Assembly (NCBI GenBank): GCA_015233675.1
Contig: JADFXH010000011.1
Location: forward strand, 526 to 64,525
Reading direction: 5' to 3'
Source: Candidatus Omnitrophota bacterium
GTDB taxonomy: Bacteria; Omnitrophota; Gorgyraeia; Zapsychrales; Fredricksoniimonadaceae
DNA length: 64,000 bases
The position numbers were made by a program, and so were the translations under genes. Position 1 is the first letter of the stretch. The number at the start of each line of letters is the position of its first letter. The notes below the pieces were generated by a model that was given only the letters and a program-made list of their open reading frames with translations, had not been told where the DNA came from and ran no database searches. Shown in pieces: positions 25,036 to 34,600 of this stretch.

Positions 25036-25611
25036 ATGTCCGCAAAAGGTCTGGATTCAAAAGTGCTCATGACAGCCACAATGGGCGTTGTTGAGAAAAT
25101 TTTGGCTAACAGCAGTAATCTTCTTCCTACCGCAAGTTCTGAAAATAAAGAGGTAGACATTGTTGAGTACTATGGCCACATGAGGGCCATGGATATGAAT
25201 GATTTTAATTCCTCGGTATACATCGCAGTGGTCAATTATTATTTGACGCAGGCAGATATGCAGCGCAATAAAACAAAAGGGGCACTGATACTGTATGTGG
25301 ATATGGAAAATGCGAGTAAATTATATAAGGCTTTGGGATTTTCCATTCCTGATGATGAAGATGATGGTTCTATGCTGGATGGTTGCGGGCAGCTTTGTAA
25401 TTTAATAGGAGAAGCCTTAAAGAATGAATTGACTAATTTAGGCTACGTCAATCTGGAAATGTCCGGTCCTCAACAATATAAAAATTCTGTTACTGGCGGA
25501 GTGAATTTTAGTCTGGATCAAAAGAAGAAATGCCAGTTTAGTTTCTTTTACTGGAAATGTAAAGCTCTTGTCGTTGAAGTAACGCTTGCTGATATCCCTC
25601 AAAAAAGATAA
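25036..25611 (+). CDS. Hypothetical protein, possibly CheX/CheC-like
   Basis: GAGGGGAG lies before ATG 25036. The segment DGCGQLCNLIGEALKNEL weakly resembles the CheX core. Confidence 0.4.
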   Translation: MSAKGLDSKVLMTATMGVVEKILANSSNLLPTASSENKEVDIVEYYGHMRAMDMNDFNSSVYIAVVNYYLTQADMQRNKTKGALILYVDMENASKLYKALGFSIPDDEDDGSMLDGCGQLCNLIGEALKNELTNLGYVNLEMSGPQQYKNSVTGGVNFSLDQKKKCQFSFFYWKCKALVVEVTLADIPQKR

Positions 25612-25726
25612 GTTTAATGGCGAGAAAGAACTTGCTGAAATTAAAAAAACCACCGAATGTCTGCAAAAAAAACCATTACGGAAATGGAGAACTGTTAATT
25701 TTTACAGGAATTAATAAGAGGCAACT

Positions 25727-27064
25727 ATGAAGATAAGGACAAAGTTTTTATTGATGATTCTCGTCATTTTATCGATAGGAGCCGCCATTTCCATGGTCTG
25801 GATCTCATATTCTTCTAACAGGAATACCATGCTCCAGACGATCACGAGCAATGATTATTTTTCAGGCTCCATTTACGAAACTGTTTATCTGTTAATGAAA
25901 ACGGGCCAGCAGGACAGCCTTAATGCCTATTTGGACCAAATGCGTAAGTTTAAATATATCGCTGAGGTCAAGGTGATAGGAGCAGACACAAAAACCGTTT
26001 CCGGTCTTGCCAAAGATGACCTTGCCCGTCAGGTGCTGAGTTCCGGTAGAAAAGTTGTTAAAGAAGTGGCTGTCAATCACTTAAAGGCGATCCGTGCCAT
26101 TGTGCCTATTATAGCGGATAGGTCTTGCCTGGCCTGCCATACGGATTTTAAAGATGGTCAAACAGCAGCGGCGTTGAGTGCTGTATTTGTTTACCAGTCA
26201 ACTCTTGACCAGATGTTCAGGGATTTGGTCAAGAATGCCTATATTCAATTCTTTATTTTTATGTTAGTAGCCGGACTTATTTTGCTTTTTTTCAATGTTC
26301 TTATTATCAGCCCTCTTGACCGGATGCGGGCCTTTGCGTCTAAATTGGGAAAAGGAGATTGGACAGCAGTTGCTGATCTTAAAAAGATAGGCGGACAAGA
26401 ATTCCAAAAAGGCGGTGGTTTTCATTCTCTTGATGAGGTGCGTGATCTGGCTGTTTCTTTTTATGAAATGTCCCAGAATTTGCAGGTTTTAACGGTATCA
26501 CGCAACGAACTGTTTAATGAGGTCAACGAGCGTAAGCAGGTGGAAGAAAAGCTGCGTTTCTCGGAGGAATATTTGTCTAAGGTCATGGATTCCGTTATCG
26601 ACCCGATCTTTGTGAAAGACCGCCAACATCGCTGGGTGCTGTTTAATAAAGCATATTGCCTGTTTATGGGCCGAAGCAGAGATGAGATCATGCTCAAGTC
26701 TGATTATGATTTTTTCCCTAAAGAAGAAGCCGATGTTTTTTGGGCAAAGGATGAGGATGTTTTCCGAAGCGGTATTGATAATGAGAACGAGGAATTCTTT
26801 ACGGATGGCAAGGGCATTCGCAAAACCATCATTACCAAGAAAACTTTATATAAAAACGCGGAAGGTAAAGAATATATTGTCGCAAGCATCCAGGATATTA
26901 CCGAGATCAAGAAAACGCAGGATGATTTACGCCTGCAGGCACGTGAACTGAAAGTGTTTTATGATGCCAGCATCGGCAGGGAAGAACGCATTCTGGAGTT
27001 AAAAAAAGAAGTGGAGAGACTCAAGAGTGAAATGGAGATATTAAAGAAGGAGACGGGAAAATAG
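25727..27064 (+). CDS. Membrane sensor with no output domain: periplasmic single-CxxCH domain (DUF3365-like) - HAMP - PAS - coiled coil
   Basis: N-terminal TM, CLACH motif, second TM, HAMP-like LDEVRDLAVSFYEMSQNL, PAS (VIDPIFVKDRQHRWVLFNKAY). No HisKA, GGDEF or other output domain. Confidence 0.7.
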   Translation: MKIRTKFLLMILVILSIGAAISMVWISYSSNRNTMLQTITSNDYFSGSIYETVYLLMKTGQQDSLNAYLDQMRKFKYIAEVKVIGADTKTVSGLAKDDLARQVLSSGRKVVKEVAVNHLKAIRAIVPIIADRSCLACHTDFKDGQTAAALSAVFVYQSTLDQMFRDLVKNAYIQFFIFMLVAGLILLFFNVLIISPLDRMRAFASKLGKGDWTAVADLKKIGGQEFQKGGGFHSLDEVRDLAVSFYEMSQNLQVLTVSRNELFNEVNERKQVEEKLRFSEEYLSKVMDSVIDPIFVKDRQHRWVLFNKAYCLFMGRSRDEIMLKSDYDFFPKEEADVFWAKDEDVFRSGIDNENEEFFTDGKGIRKTIITKKTLYKNAEGKEYIVASIQDITEIKKTQDDLRLQARELKVFYDASIGREERILELKKEVERLKSEMEILKKETGK

Positions 27065-27090
27065 CTGGATAAAATCCAGAATAACATAAT

Positions 27091-30000
27091 ATGAAACTTG
27101 CCTATAAAATCAGCCTTTTCTTTTTGTTTGTTTCTTTTGTTTGCTTAAGCCTTGCCCTAGGATTTGTGTATCAGTCATTTCAAAGAACTTTGGTTCGTTC
27201 CATATCCTCATCCTTTCAAACTATCGTCCACTCCCGTACAAAGCATATTGAGACATACCTGGATATGGCAAAGGATTCTGTGATCCAGGCATCCCAAAGT
27301 GTGGTGCTTCCCCGGCTGCTTAAAATAAGCCCGGATGACCCTTCTTATAAAGAAGCACAATTAAACGGGGTCAAGCTTTTAAAAGCCAAGAAAGAATCTG
27401 ACGATTCTGTTTATGAATATATGCTTCTTGACGCGTCGGGCCGCATCGTGGTGGCGAGCGATGAGACAGATGTGGGCCAGGATAAATCTAAGGATGCTTA
27501 TTTTTGGGAAGCCCGCAGGGGTGTTTATGTTAAAGATGCCTATTTTTCGTTGACTAAAAAGTTGCCTTTAATGGCCATATCCGTTCCTTTGTTTGACGCT
27601 AAAGGCGGGACTTTTTTGGGTGTGCTGGTGGAAATGCTTAAACTGGATGACCTCAACGCTATTATGACTGACAGGTCGGGTTTAGGCGAGACGGGAGAGG
27701 TTTTTATTATTAACAAGCGTGGGTATATGATAACGCCTTCCCGTTTCCTGAAAAATACGTTCTTGAAACAAAAGGTAGATACGCCCAATGCAAGGCTCGC
27801 CTTGGAGCACAGGGACGAGCGGACTCTTTTAGGTATAAACGAGAACGTTTTCGATGATTACCGCGGGGTTAAGAGTTTGGGGGATCATGATTATATACCT
27901 GAAATGCAATGGCTCGTTTTAGCGAGGATAGATGCATCAGAAGTTTTTCTGCCTTTAAAGAGGATACAGTACAGTTTTATTTGGATTTTTTTATTAACGG
28001 GCGCCCTCTCTTGGGTGATGGGTCAGCTGATTGGCCGGATGATCAGCTCTCCTCTTAAGAAATTATATGAGGGAGCCCAGATATTAGGCCGCGGCGATTT
28101 GGACCATAAGGTTGGCCTTTCCAATAAGGATGAGGTCGGGGATCTCTCACGGGCCTTCGATAGCATGGCCTCTAACCTGAAGAAAACGACATCTTCTATC
28201 GCTGTCCTTGATAAGGAGATATCCCGTCGTCAAGAAGCAGAAGATGTCCTGCAGGAAAGTGAGAAGAGATTTTTCACCGTTTTTTATTCATCCCATGACG
28301 CGATGCTTTTGATTAACGCAAACAGGTTTGTGGATGCTAATGAGGCCGCCGCCCGTATGCTAGGATATGCCACTCGGGAGGAGTTTCTCAAGACTCACCC
28401 CTCCGAGTTGTCTGCGCCCATACAACCTGACGGGAGAAATTCGTTCGATAAGGCTGAGGAAATGATGCGCCTTGCTTACGAAAAGGGGTATCACCAATTT
28501 GAATGGCTGCACCGCAAAGCCAGCGGTGAAGACTTTCCGGTTCAGGTGTCACTGACGCCTATTATGCTCAAAGGAGAGAGCCTTCTTCATTGCGTCTGGA
28601 CTGACCTGACCCGGCAAAAGCAGGATGAACAGCGCCTTTATGTTGTTCAGCAAAATCTTAAAGAGCAGGCCAGCCAACTGGAAGCTGCTCTGAAAGAATC
28701 TCAAAAGTCCCGTGAGGTCCTTGCCAGTATGCTCGAGGACAATAATCTTATGCGTCAGCGGGTAGAGCGGGCGGCTATGAGGGTTGAATTGATATTGTCT
28801 TCCACCAGTGATTGTATCCTCGGATTAGACAAGGAGGGCAAGGCGACCTTTGTTAACTTGCAAGCGTTGAAACTACTGGGCCATGAACTTAGTGATTTGA
28901 TTGGCAAGGACATGCACTCTATTTTACATCACTCTCATCCTGACGGAAGTCCTTTTGCCCTCAATGAATGTATGACCTATCAAACGTTGCAGGACGGTCA
29001 ATCCCGTTTCGGGGAAGAATTTTATTGGAGAAAAAATGGCAGTATTTTTCCTGCTGAATTCAGCGCTGTTGCGCTTAAGGAAGAGGGGAAGACCATAGGG
29101 GTCGTATTTACTTTCCATGACATCACCGAGCGCAAGAGAAACGAACAAATAATGCATTCCCGCATGAAGCTTATTGACTATTCAGCGGACCGTTCGATTC
29201 AGGATTTCCTGCAATTGGCGTTGGATGAAGTGGAGTCCATTAGCGAAAGCCAAATGGGTTTTTATCATTTTGTTAATGAAGATGAAAAGATAATATCTTT
29301 ACAAAGCTGGTCCACGCGTACAAAGAAAGAATTTTGCAAGGCTAAGGGTGAAAGTGAGCATTGTAGTTTGGATAAGGCCGGTGTTTGGGCTGATTGCGTG
29401 CATGAGCGCAAGCCCGTTATCCATAACAATTATAATTCACTGCCGCATAGACGGGGGATGCCTGAGGGGCATGCAGTAGTTGTCCGTGAAATGGTTGTGC
29501 CTATTATTCGTGAGGAAAAGGTTGTGGCGATTATGGGTGTGGGCAACAAGAAGGATGATTATACCCAGGAGGATGTTGAGCTTGTCAGTTACCTCGCTGA
29601 TATTGCATGGGAGCAGGTTAAGAAAAAGTTAATTGATAAAGAGATTAAAGAAAGGGACCAGCGGATCAGGGGCATCACAGATTCCGCGCAGGATGCGATC
29701 ATAATGATGGATCCTTTGGGGCAGATCAATTTCTGGAACCCTTCGGCTGAGCGCATCTTAGGCTACTCTCCTGCAGAAGCGCTGGGAAAGAATTTTTATG
29801 AGCTGTTGTCTCTTTCTCGTTTTGAGAACACACCTTTAGTGGCATATCCGCAATTTTTAAAGAACGCTCAGGGCGCTGAAGTCGGGAAAACAATAGAGCT
29901 TGAGGTTTATCGACGTGATGGGGTTGTTATTCCGGTTGCATTGTCGCTCTCGGCGATCAAACGTGATGACGGCTGGCATGCTATTGGAATTATGAGGGAT

Positions 30001-31611
30001 ATTACCGAACGCAAAGAGACGGAGAAGGGGTTGATTGATGCCAAAAATGCGGCTGATGCGGCCAACAAGGCCAAAAGTGAATTTTTGGCCAATATGTCCC
30101 ATGAGATACGCACGCCTTTGAATGGAATTTTGGGCTTTAGTTATTTACTGCGTTCGACTAATTTGGATGAAAAGCAAAAGACATATCTCAACACGGTCAC
30201 CTCCAGCGGGGATTTGCTGTTAAGTGTCATTAATGAAATTCTGGATTTTTCAAAATTGGAAGCGGGGAAAGTTCAGCTGGAAAATATTGATTTTGATTTA
30301 GGGAATTTAGTTTATGACATTTTTAGATTAGCTTTAGTAAAGTCTGAAGATTTCAAAATTAACTCTTATGTCGACTGGGAGGATCAACTGCCTCACTGGG
30401 TCAAGGGAGATCCGACCCGTATACGGCAGATCTTATTAAATCTTCTTAATAATGCCGTCAAGTTTACAGATCAGGGAGAAATAGGCCTTATTATTTCTGT
30501 ACAGCAGAAATCCGAAGAGCGCACGGTTGTTAAATTTTGTGTTAAGGATTCGGGAATAGGCATTGCACAGGACAAAAAGGATTCATTGTTTCAAGCGTTT
30601 ACTCAAGTTGATTCCTCAACTACGCGCAAATATGGAGGGACTGGTTTAGGGCTTGCCATTTGCAAGAAATTAGTTACTGCGATGGGAGGGGAAATCTGGA
30701 TTGAATCACAGGAGGGCAAGGGAAGCCAGTTTTTCTTTACGATTCCTTTTGTCCCGGGAACCTCATTGCTCCAGCAGCCTATTGAACCGCTGTCAAAAGA
30801 CAAATTAATTGGAAAAAGTATTTTATGCGTCGATGATCACCTGTCTTCTCTGGAGATTTTGTCCCGGTATTGTCATGAGGCCGGATTAAGGGTCATGGGC
30901 TCTTCCAGCGGCAAGCAAGCATTGCAAAAATTAGATGATTGCCTTACCTCGGGACATTTGCCTGATCTAATATTAAGCGACATTATGATGCCCTTGATGG
31001 ATGGGCATCTTTTGGCGGAGAAAATCCGTAGTAACCCGAAATTTGATAAGATAAAAATTGTAGCTGTTACATCAGATGCCCGCGTAGGTACCTGCAGCAT
31101 GGCCCAGGGGAAAGGATTCAACGCTTATTTATCCAAACCTGTTTCAAAAGATGATTTGCTTAAGGTCATTTGTACACTGTTGGGGGATCAGCGAGGGGCT
31201 TCCTCTACGATCATTACACGGCACGTGGCCGATGAGGTAAGCCTTAAAGGCCTTCGAATTCTGGTAGTTGATGATAATACCTCTAACCGGAACCTGATGG
31301 AAGCTTTTTTAACTATGTGGGGATGTGTCTGTGATTCTGCTGTTGATGGCCGGGAGGCCGTTGATAAGATCAAGGCGAATTATTATAATATATGCCTGAT
31401 GGACCTGCAAATGCCGGTGTTGGATGGTATTGAAGCAACCAGGATCATCCGTTCCCAGATCACCAAAGAATTGCCTATCATTGCTTTAACTGCTGCCGTA
31501 ATGAAGAAAGATATTGAGAATGCCTATGGGGTGGGGATGAATGATTTTCTTCCAAAACCTATCAATGTCAATCAGGTAAAAGCAATGCTTATAAAGTACG
31601 GCCGTTCCTAG
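27091..31611 (+). CDS. Hybrid sensor histidine kinase (Cache-HAMP-PAS-PAS-GAF-PAS-HisKA-HATPase-REC-REC)
   Basis: H-box SHEIRTPLNGILGF, G-box GGTGLGLAICKKLV, and two receivers (DLILSDIMMP, ICLMDLQMPVLDG). Confidence 0.92.
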   Translation: MKLAYKISLFFLFVSFVCLSLALGFVYQSFQRTLVRSISSSFQTIVHSRTKHIETYLDMAKDSVIQASQSVVLPRLLKISPDDPSYKEAQLNGVKLLKAKKESDDSVYEYMLLDASGRIVVASDETDVGQDKSKDAYFWEARRGVYVKDAYFSLTKKLPLMAISVPLFDAKGGTFLGVLVEMLKLDDLNAIMTDRSGLGETGEVFIINKRGYMITPSRFLKNTFLKQKVDTPNARLALEHRDERTLLGINENVFDDYRGVKSLGDHDYIPEMQWLVLARIDASEVFLPLKRIQYSFIWIFLLTGALSWVMGQLIGRMISSPLKKLYEGAQILGRGDLDHKVGLSNKDEVGDLSRAFDSMASNLKKTTSSIAVLDKEISRRQEAEDVLQESEKRFFTVFYSSHDAMLLINANRFVDANEAAARMLGYATREEFLKTHPSELSAPIQPDGRNSFDKAEEMMRLAYEKGYHQFEWLHRKASGEDFPVQVSLTPIMLKGESLLHCVWTDLTRQKQDEQRLYVVQQNLKEQASQLEAALKESQKSREVLASMLEDNNLMRQRVERAAMRVELILSSTSDCILGLDKEGKATFVNLQALKLLGHELSDLIGKDMHSILHHSHPDGSPFALNECMTYQTLQDGQSRFGEEFYWRKNGSIFPAEFSAVALKEEGKTIGVVFTFHDITERKRNEQIMHSRMKLIDYSADRSIQDFLQLALDEVESISESQMGFYHFVNEDEKIISLQSWSTRTKKEFCKAKGESEHCSLDKAGVWADCVHERKPVIHNNYNSLPHRRGMPEGHAVVVREMVVPIIREEKVVAIMGVGNKKDDYTQEDVELVSYLADIAWEQVKKKLIDKEIKERDQRIRGITDSAQDAIIMMDPLGQINFWNPSAERILGYSPAEALGKNFYELLSLSRFENTPLVAYPQFLKNAQGAEVGKTIELEVYRRDGVVIPVALSLSAIKRDDGWHAIGIMRDITERKETEKGLIDAKNAADAANKAKSEFLANMSHEIRTPLNGILGFSYLLRSTNLDEKQKTYLNTVTSSGDLLLSVINEILDFSKLEAGKVQLENIDFDLGNLVYDIFRLALVKSEDFKINSYVDWEDQLPHWVKGDPTRIRQILLNLLNNAVKFTDQGEIGLIISVQQKSEERTVVKFCVKDSGIGIAQDKKDSLFQAFTQVDSSTTRKYGGTGLGLAICKKLVTAMGGEIWIESQEGKGSQFFFTIPFVPGTSLLQQPIEPLSKDKLIGKSILCVDDHLSSLEILSRYCHEAGLRVMGSSSGKQALQKLDDCLTSGHLPDLILSDIMMPLMDGHLLAEKIRSNPKFDKIKIVAVTSDARVGTCSMAQGKGFNAYLSKPVSKDDLLKVICTLLGDQRGASSTIITRHVADEVSLKGLRILVVDDNTSNRNLMEAFLTMWGCVCDSAVDGREAVDKIKANYYNICLMDLQMPVLDGIEATRIIRSQITKELPIIALTAAVMKKDIENAYGVGMNDFLPKPINVNQVKAMLIKYGRS

Positions 31612-31643
31612 AAGATGTTTTCTAAGGGGGGAAGGGGTGCCTT

Positions 31644-34600
31644 ATGGCAAAAAAGAGAACAATGCCCCGGGCAAAAGACGGAGAATTTCCGATCGTCGCG
31701 ATCGGAGCATCAGCCGGCGGACTGGAAGCCTTCAGTGAACTTTTAAAGAATTTGCCTCCTGATACGGGCATGGCCTTTGTGCTTGTCTGTCATCTGGCCC
31801 CGATGCATAAAAGCATGCTGACAGAAATTATCACCCGCATTACCAGGATGCCGACACAAGAAGTTAAAAACCGCATGCCGGTTTACCCCGATCATGTTTA
31901 TATCATCCCGCCAAATAAAAAAATGACCATTTCCAACGGGAAATTTCGTCTTGGTTTGCGCACTGAAACGTTGGGGCTTTATCTGCCGATTGATTGTTTT
32001 TTCACTTCATTAGCTAAAGACAGAGGCAGTCAGGCCATAGGTGTCATTCTTTCCGGAGCCGCTAGCGACGGTATCAACGGGCAGAAAGCCATCAAGTCAA
32101 TGGGAGGCATCACCTTCAGCCAGGACCCTGCTACGGCCAAACAAGACAGTATGCCCAAAGGTGCTATTGCATCTGGGTTTGTTGACTATGTCCTTAATCC
32201 CAAGGCCATTGCCGGCCAGTTGGTCAGCTTAAGTCAACATCTGCCGCTCATCAAAACGAAAACAAAAGGGCTTGAGAAATTATTGCTGTCTGCCCAGGAT
32301 GATTTGACCAAAATTCTTGTTTTATTGAAATATTTTAACGGGGTAGATTTTACGCATTATAAAAAGGCCACTATTGAGCGCCGCATTAAACGCAGGTTGT
32401 TGTTGACGCAGAAGAGCACCTTAAAGGAATATTTAAAATATTTGCGCCGCAACCCAAAAGAGGTGGAACTTCTTTTTCAGGATATGCTTATCAACGTCAC
32501 TAATTTTTTTCGTGACCCGAAATTGTTTAAAGCCTTAGAGAAAAAGGTTTTTCCAAACATATTCAAACAAAAGCCTCCTGATCAAGCCGTAAGGATATGG
32601 GTGCCGGCGTGTTCTACGGGCGAGGAGGCGTATTCTCTGGCGATCTGTTTGCTTGAAATTTTAAAGTCGAAAAAGAGGTCTTGGCCCATTCAGGTTTTTG
32701 CCACTGATGTTAACGAGGCGGTGATCAGAAAAGCGCGGAGAGGATTGTATCCCGAAAGCATAAAAGAGGACGTCCCCCCGCAGATCCTTCATCGTTATTT
32801 TGTCAAGGAACCGGGCGGCTGGCGGGTCGTTAAATCGGTGCGTGATATATGTGTTTTCGCGGCCCAGGACCTGACACGTGATCCGCCGTTTTCCAAGCTG
32901 GATCTTATTAGTTGCCGTAACATGCTCATCTATATGGACCGGAAACTGCAAAAAAAGATAATTTCTTTATTTCACTATGGTTTAAATCCATCCGGTTCTT
33001 TAGTTTTGGGTTCAGCTGAATCTATCTTTGGTTTTACCGATCTTTTTAGTGCCGTGGACAAAAGACTCAAAATTTATAGGAAAAAGGAATCTTGGGCGCG
33101 GCCTGCAGTGTATTTTGAACCGGGCCAGTATCCAGTTGGCCAAATCACGACAGGTAATGAACGCACAGCCGCGTATAAAAAACAGCCTATAGCCTTTGAA
33201 ATGCAGGCCGAAGACGTACAGGCCAAAGATGAGGAATTGCGTTCTGCTTTGGAGGAGATCCAAAGCGCCAATGAAGAACTGCAGAGTTCCAACGAGGAGC
33301 TGGAGACATCCAAGGAAGAGCTGCAGGCGTCCAATGAAGAGATGGTCACCCTTAATGACGAACTCTCTGTTAGAAACGCTGAACTGGGCAAACTCAACAG
33401 CGATATAAGGAACCTTTTTAACAGCACGCACATCCCGGTCATCATGGTCGGCAGGGATTTTTGTATCTATCGTTTTACGCCAATGGCGCAAAAAGTATGG
33501 AACCTCATCCCTTCAGATGTCGGGCGAAAGCTTAAAGATATTAACCCCAATATCCATGTGCCTCATTTAGAGGTGATGCTGGTCGATGCGATCGATCACT
33601 TGAAAATGACTGAGAAGGAAGTGCAGGATAATGAGGGGCACTGGTATTGTGTAACCGTTAGGCCGTATAAAACAGTGGACAATAAAATTGACGGGGCAGT
33701 TATCGTTTTATCGGACATTCATACCATCAAGCTGGCAGGCCGGCAGATCGAGGCTTTAGGCGAGTATTTTGAGAATATTGTTAAAGCAGTCCCTGATCCT
33801 TTGATCGTGCTGGACAAAAATTTGTGTGTCAGGACGGCCAACCAGTCTTTCTATGATCAATTCAAAGTTTCACCGAAACAAACAGAAGGCCATCTTTTAT
33901 ATGATTTAGGAAATCATCAGTGGGACCTTCCGGCTCTTCGTAAATTGTTAAAAGAAGTCTATGCTAATAATGTGCCGGTCAACGATTTTGAAATGAGCCA
34001 CAAGTTTCCGCGCATCGGCCAAAAAGTAATGCTGCTTAACGCCAGAATTGTCGTCGAAAATATAGCCGGCGAACGGTTGATCTTGCTTTCCATTAAGGAC
34101 ATTACTGAAAGGAAGGAGACAGAGAAAAATATTGTCAGGTTGTCATCGTTTCCTGAGATCAATCCCAATCCTATTTATGAAGTGGATTTTAAAGGAAAGA
34201 TTACCTATGCAAATCTTGCGGCCAAGGAATTAAAAGCTGACGGACTGGCGCCTCTAATCGAGAACGGCTTAAAAGAATTGGTTGATATTTTTCGTCGTAA
34301 CAGGAAAAAAGAAATCCTTCGCGAATTTCAGGCCGCGGACCGCTGGTACCTGCAATCCTTATATAAAGTTCCCGATATAGATGCTTTAAGAATATATAAT
34401 ATTGATATCACTGAGCGCAAGCGGGCGCAAGATGCCCTGCAGGTGAGCAGGGAACGCCTTGAGTTGGCTTTACTTTCATCAAGAATGGCCACCTTTGACT
34501 GGGACATCATCAGGAATAAGCGAACTTGGAGCGAGGGTGTTCATAAGTTGTTAGGGACTAAATCAGAGACCTTCACCGGATCAGCCGAAGAGTTTTTCCG

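Noticed and set aside
33012-33491. Long antisense ORFs (159 and 123 aa), a +-strand alternate-frame ORF, and a visibly repetitive DNA stretch at ~33200-33370.
   Set aside because: They lie inside the CheB-CheR kinase. The periodicity comes from the EELQSxNEEL coiled-coil heptads, not from a CRISPR or tandem non-coding repeat, and the antisense ORFs are low-complexity mirror frames.
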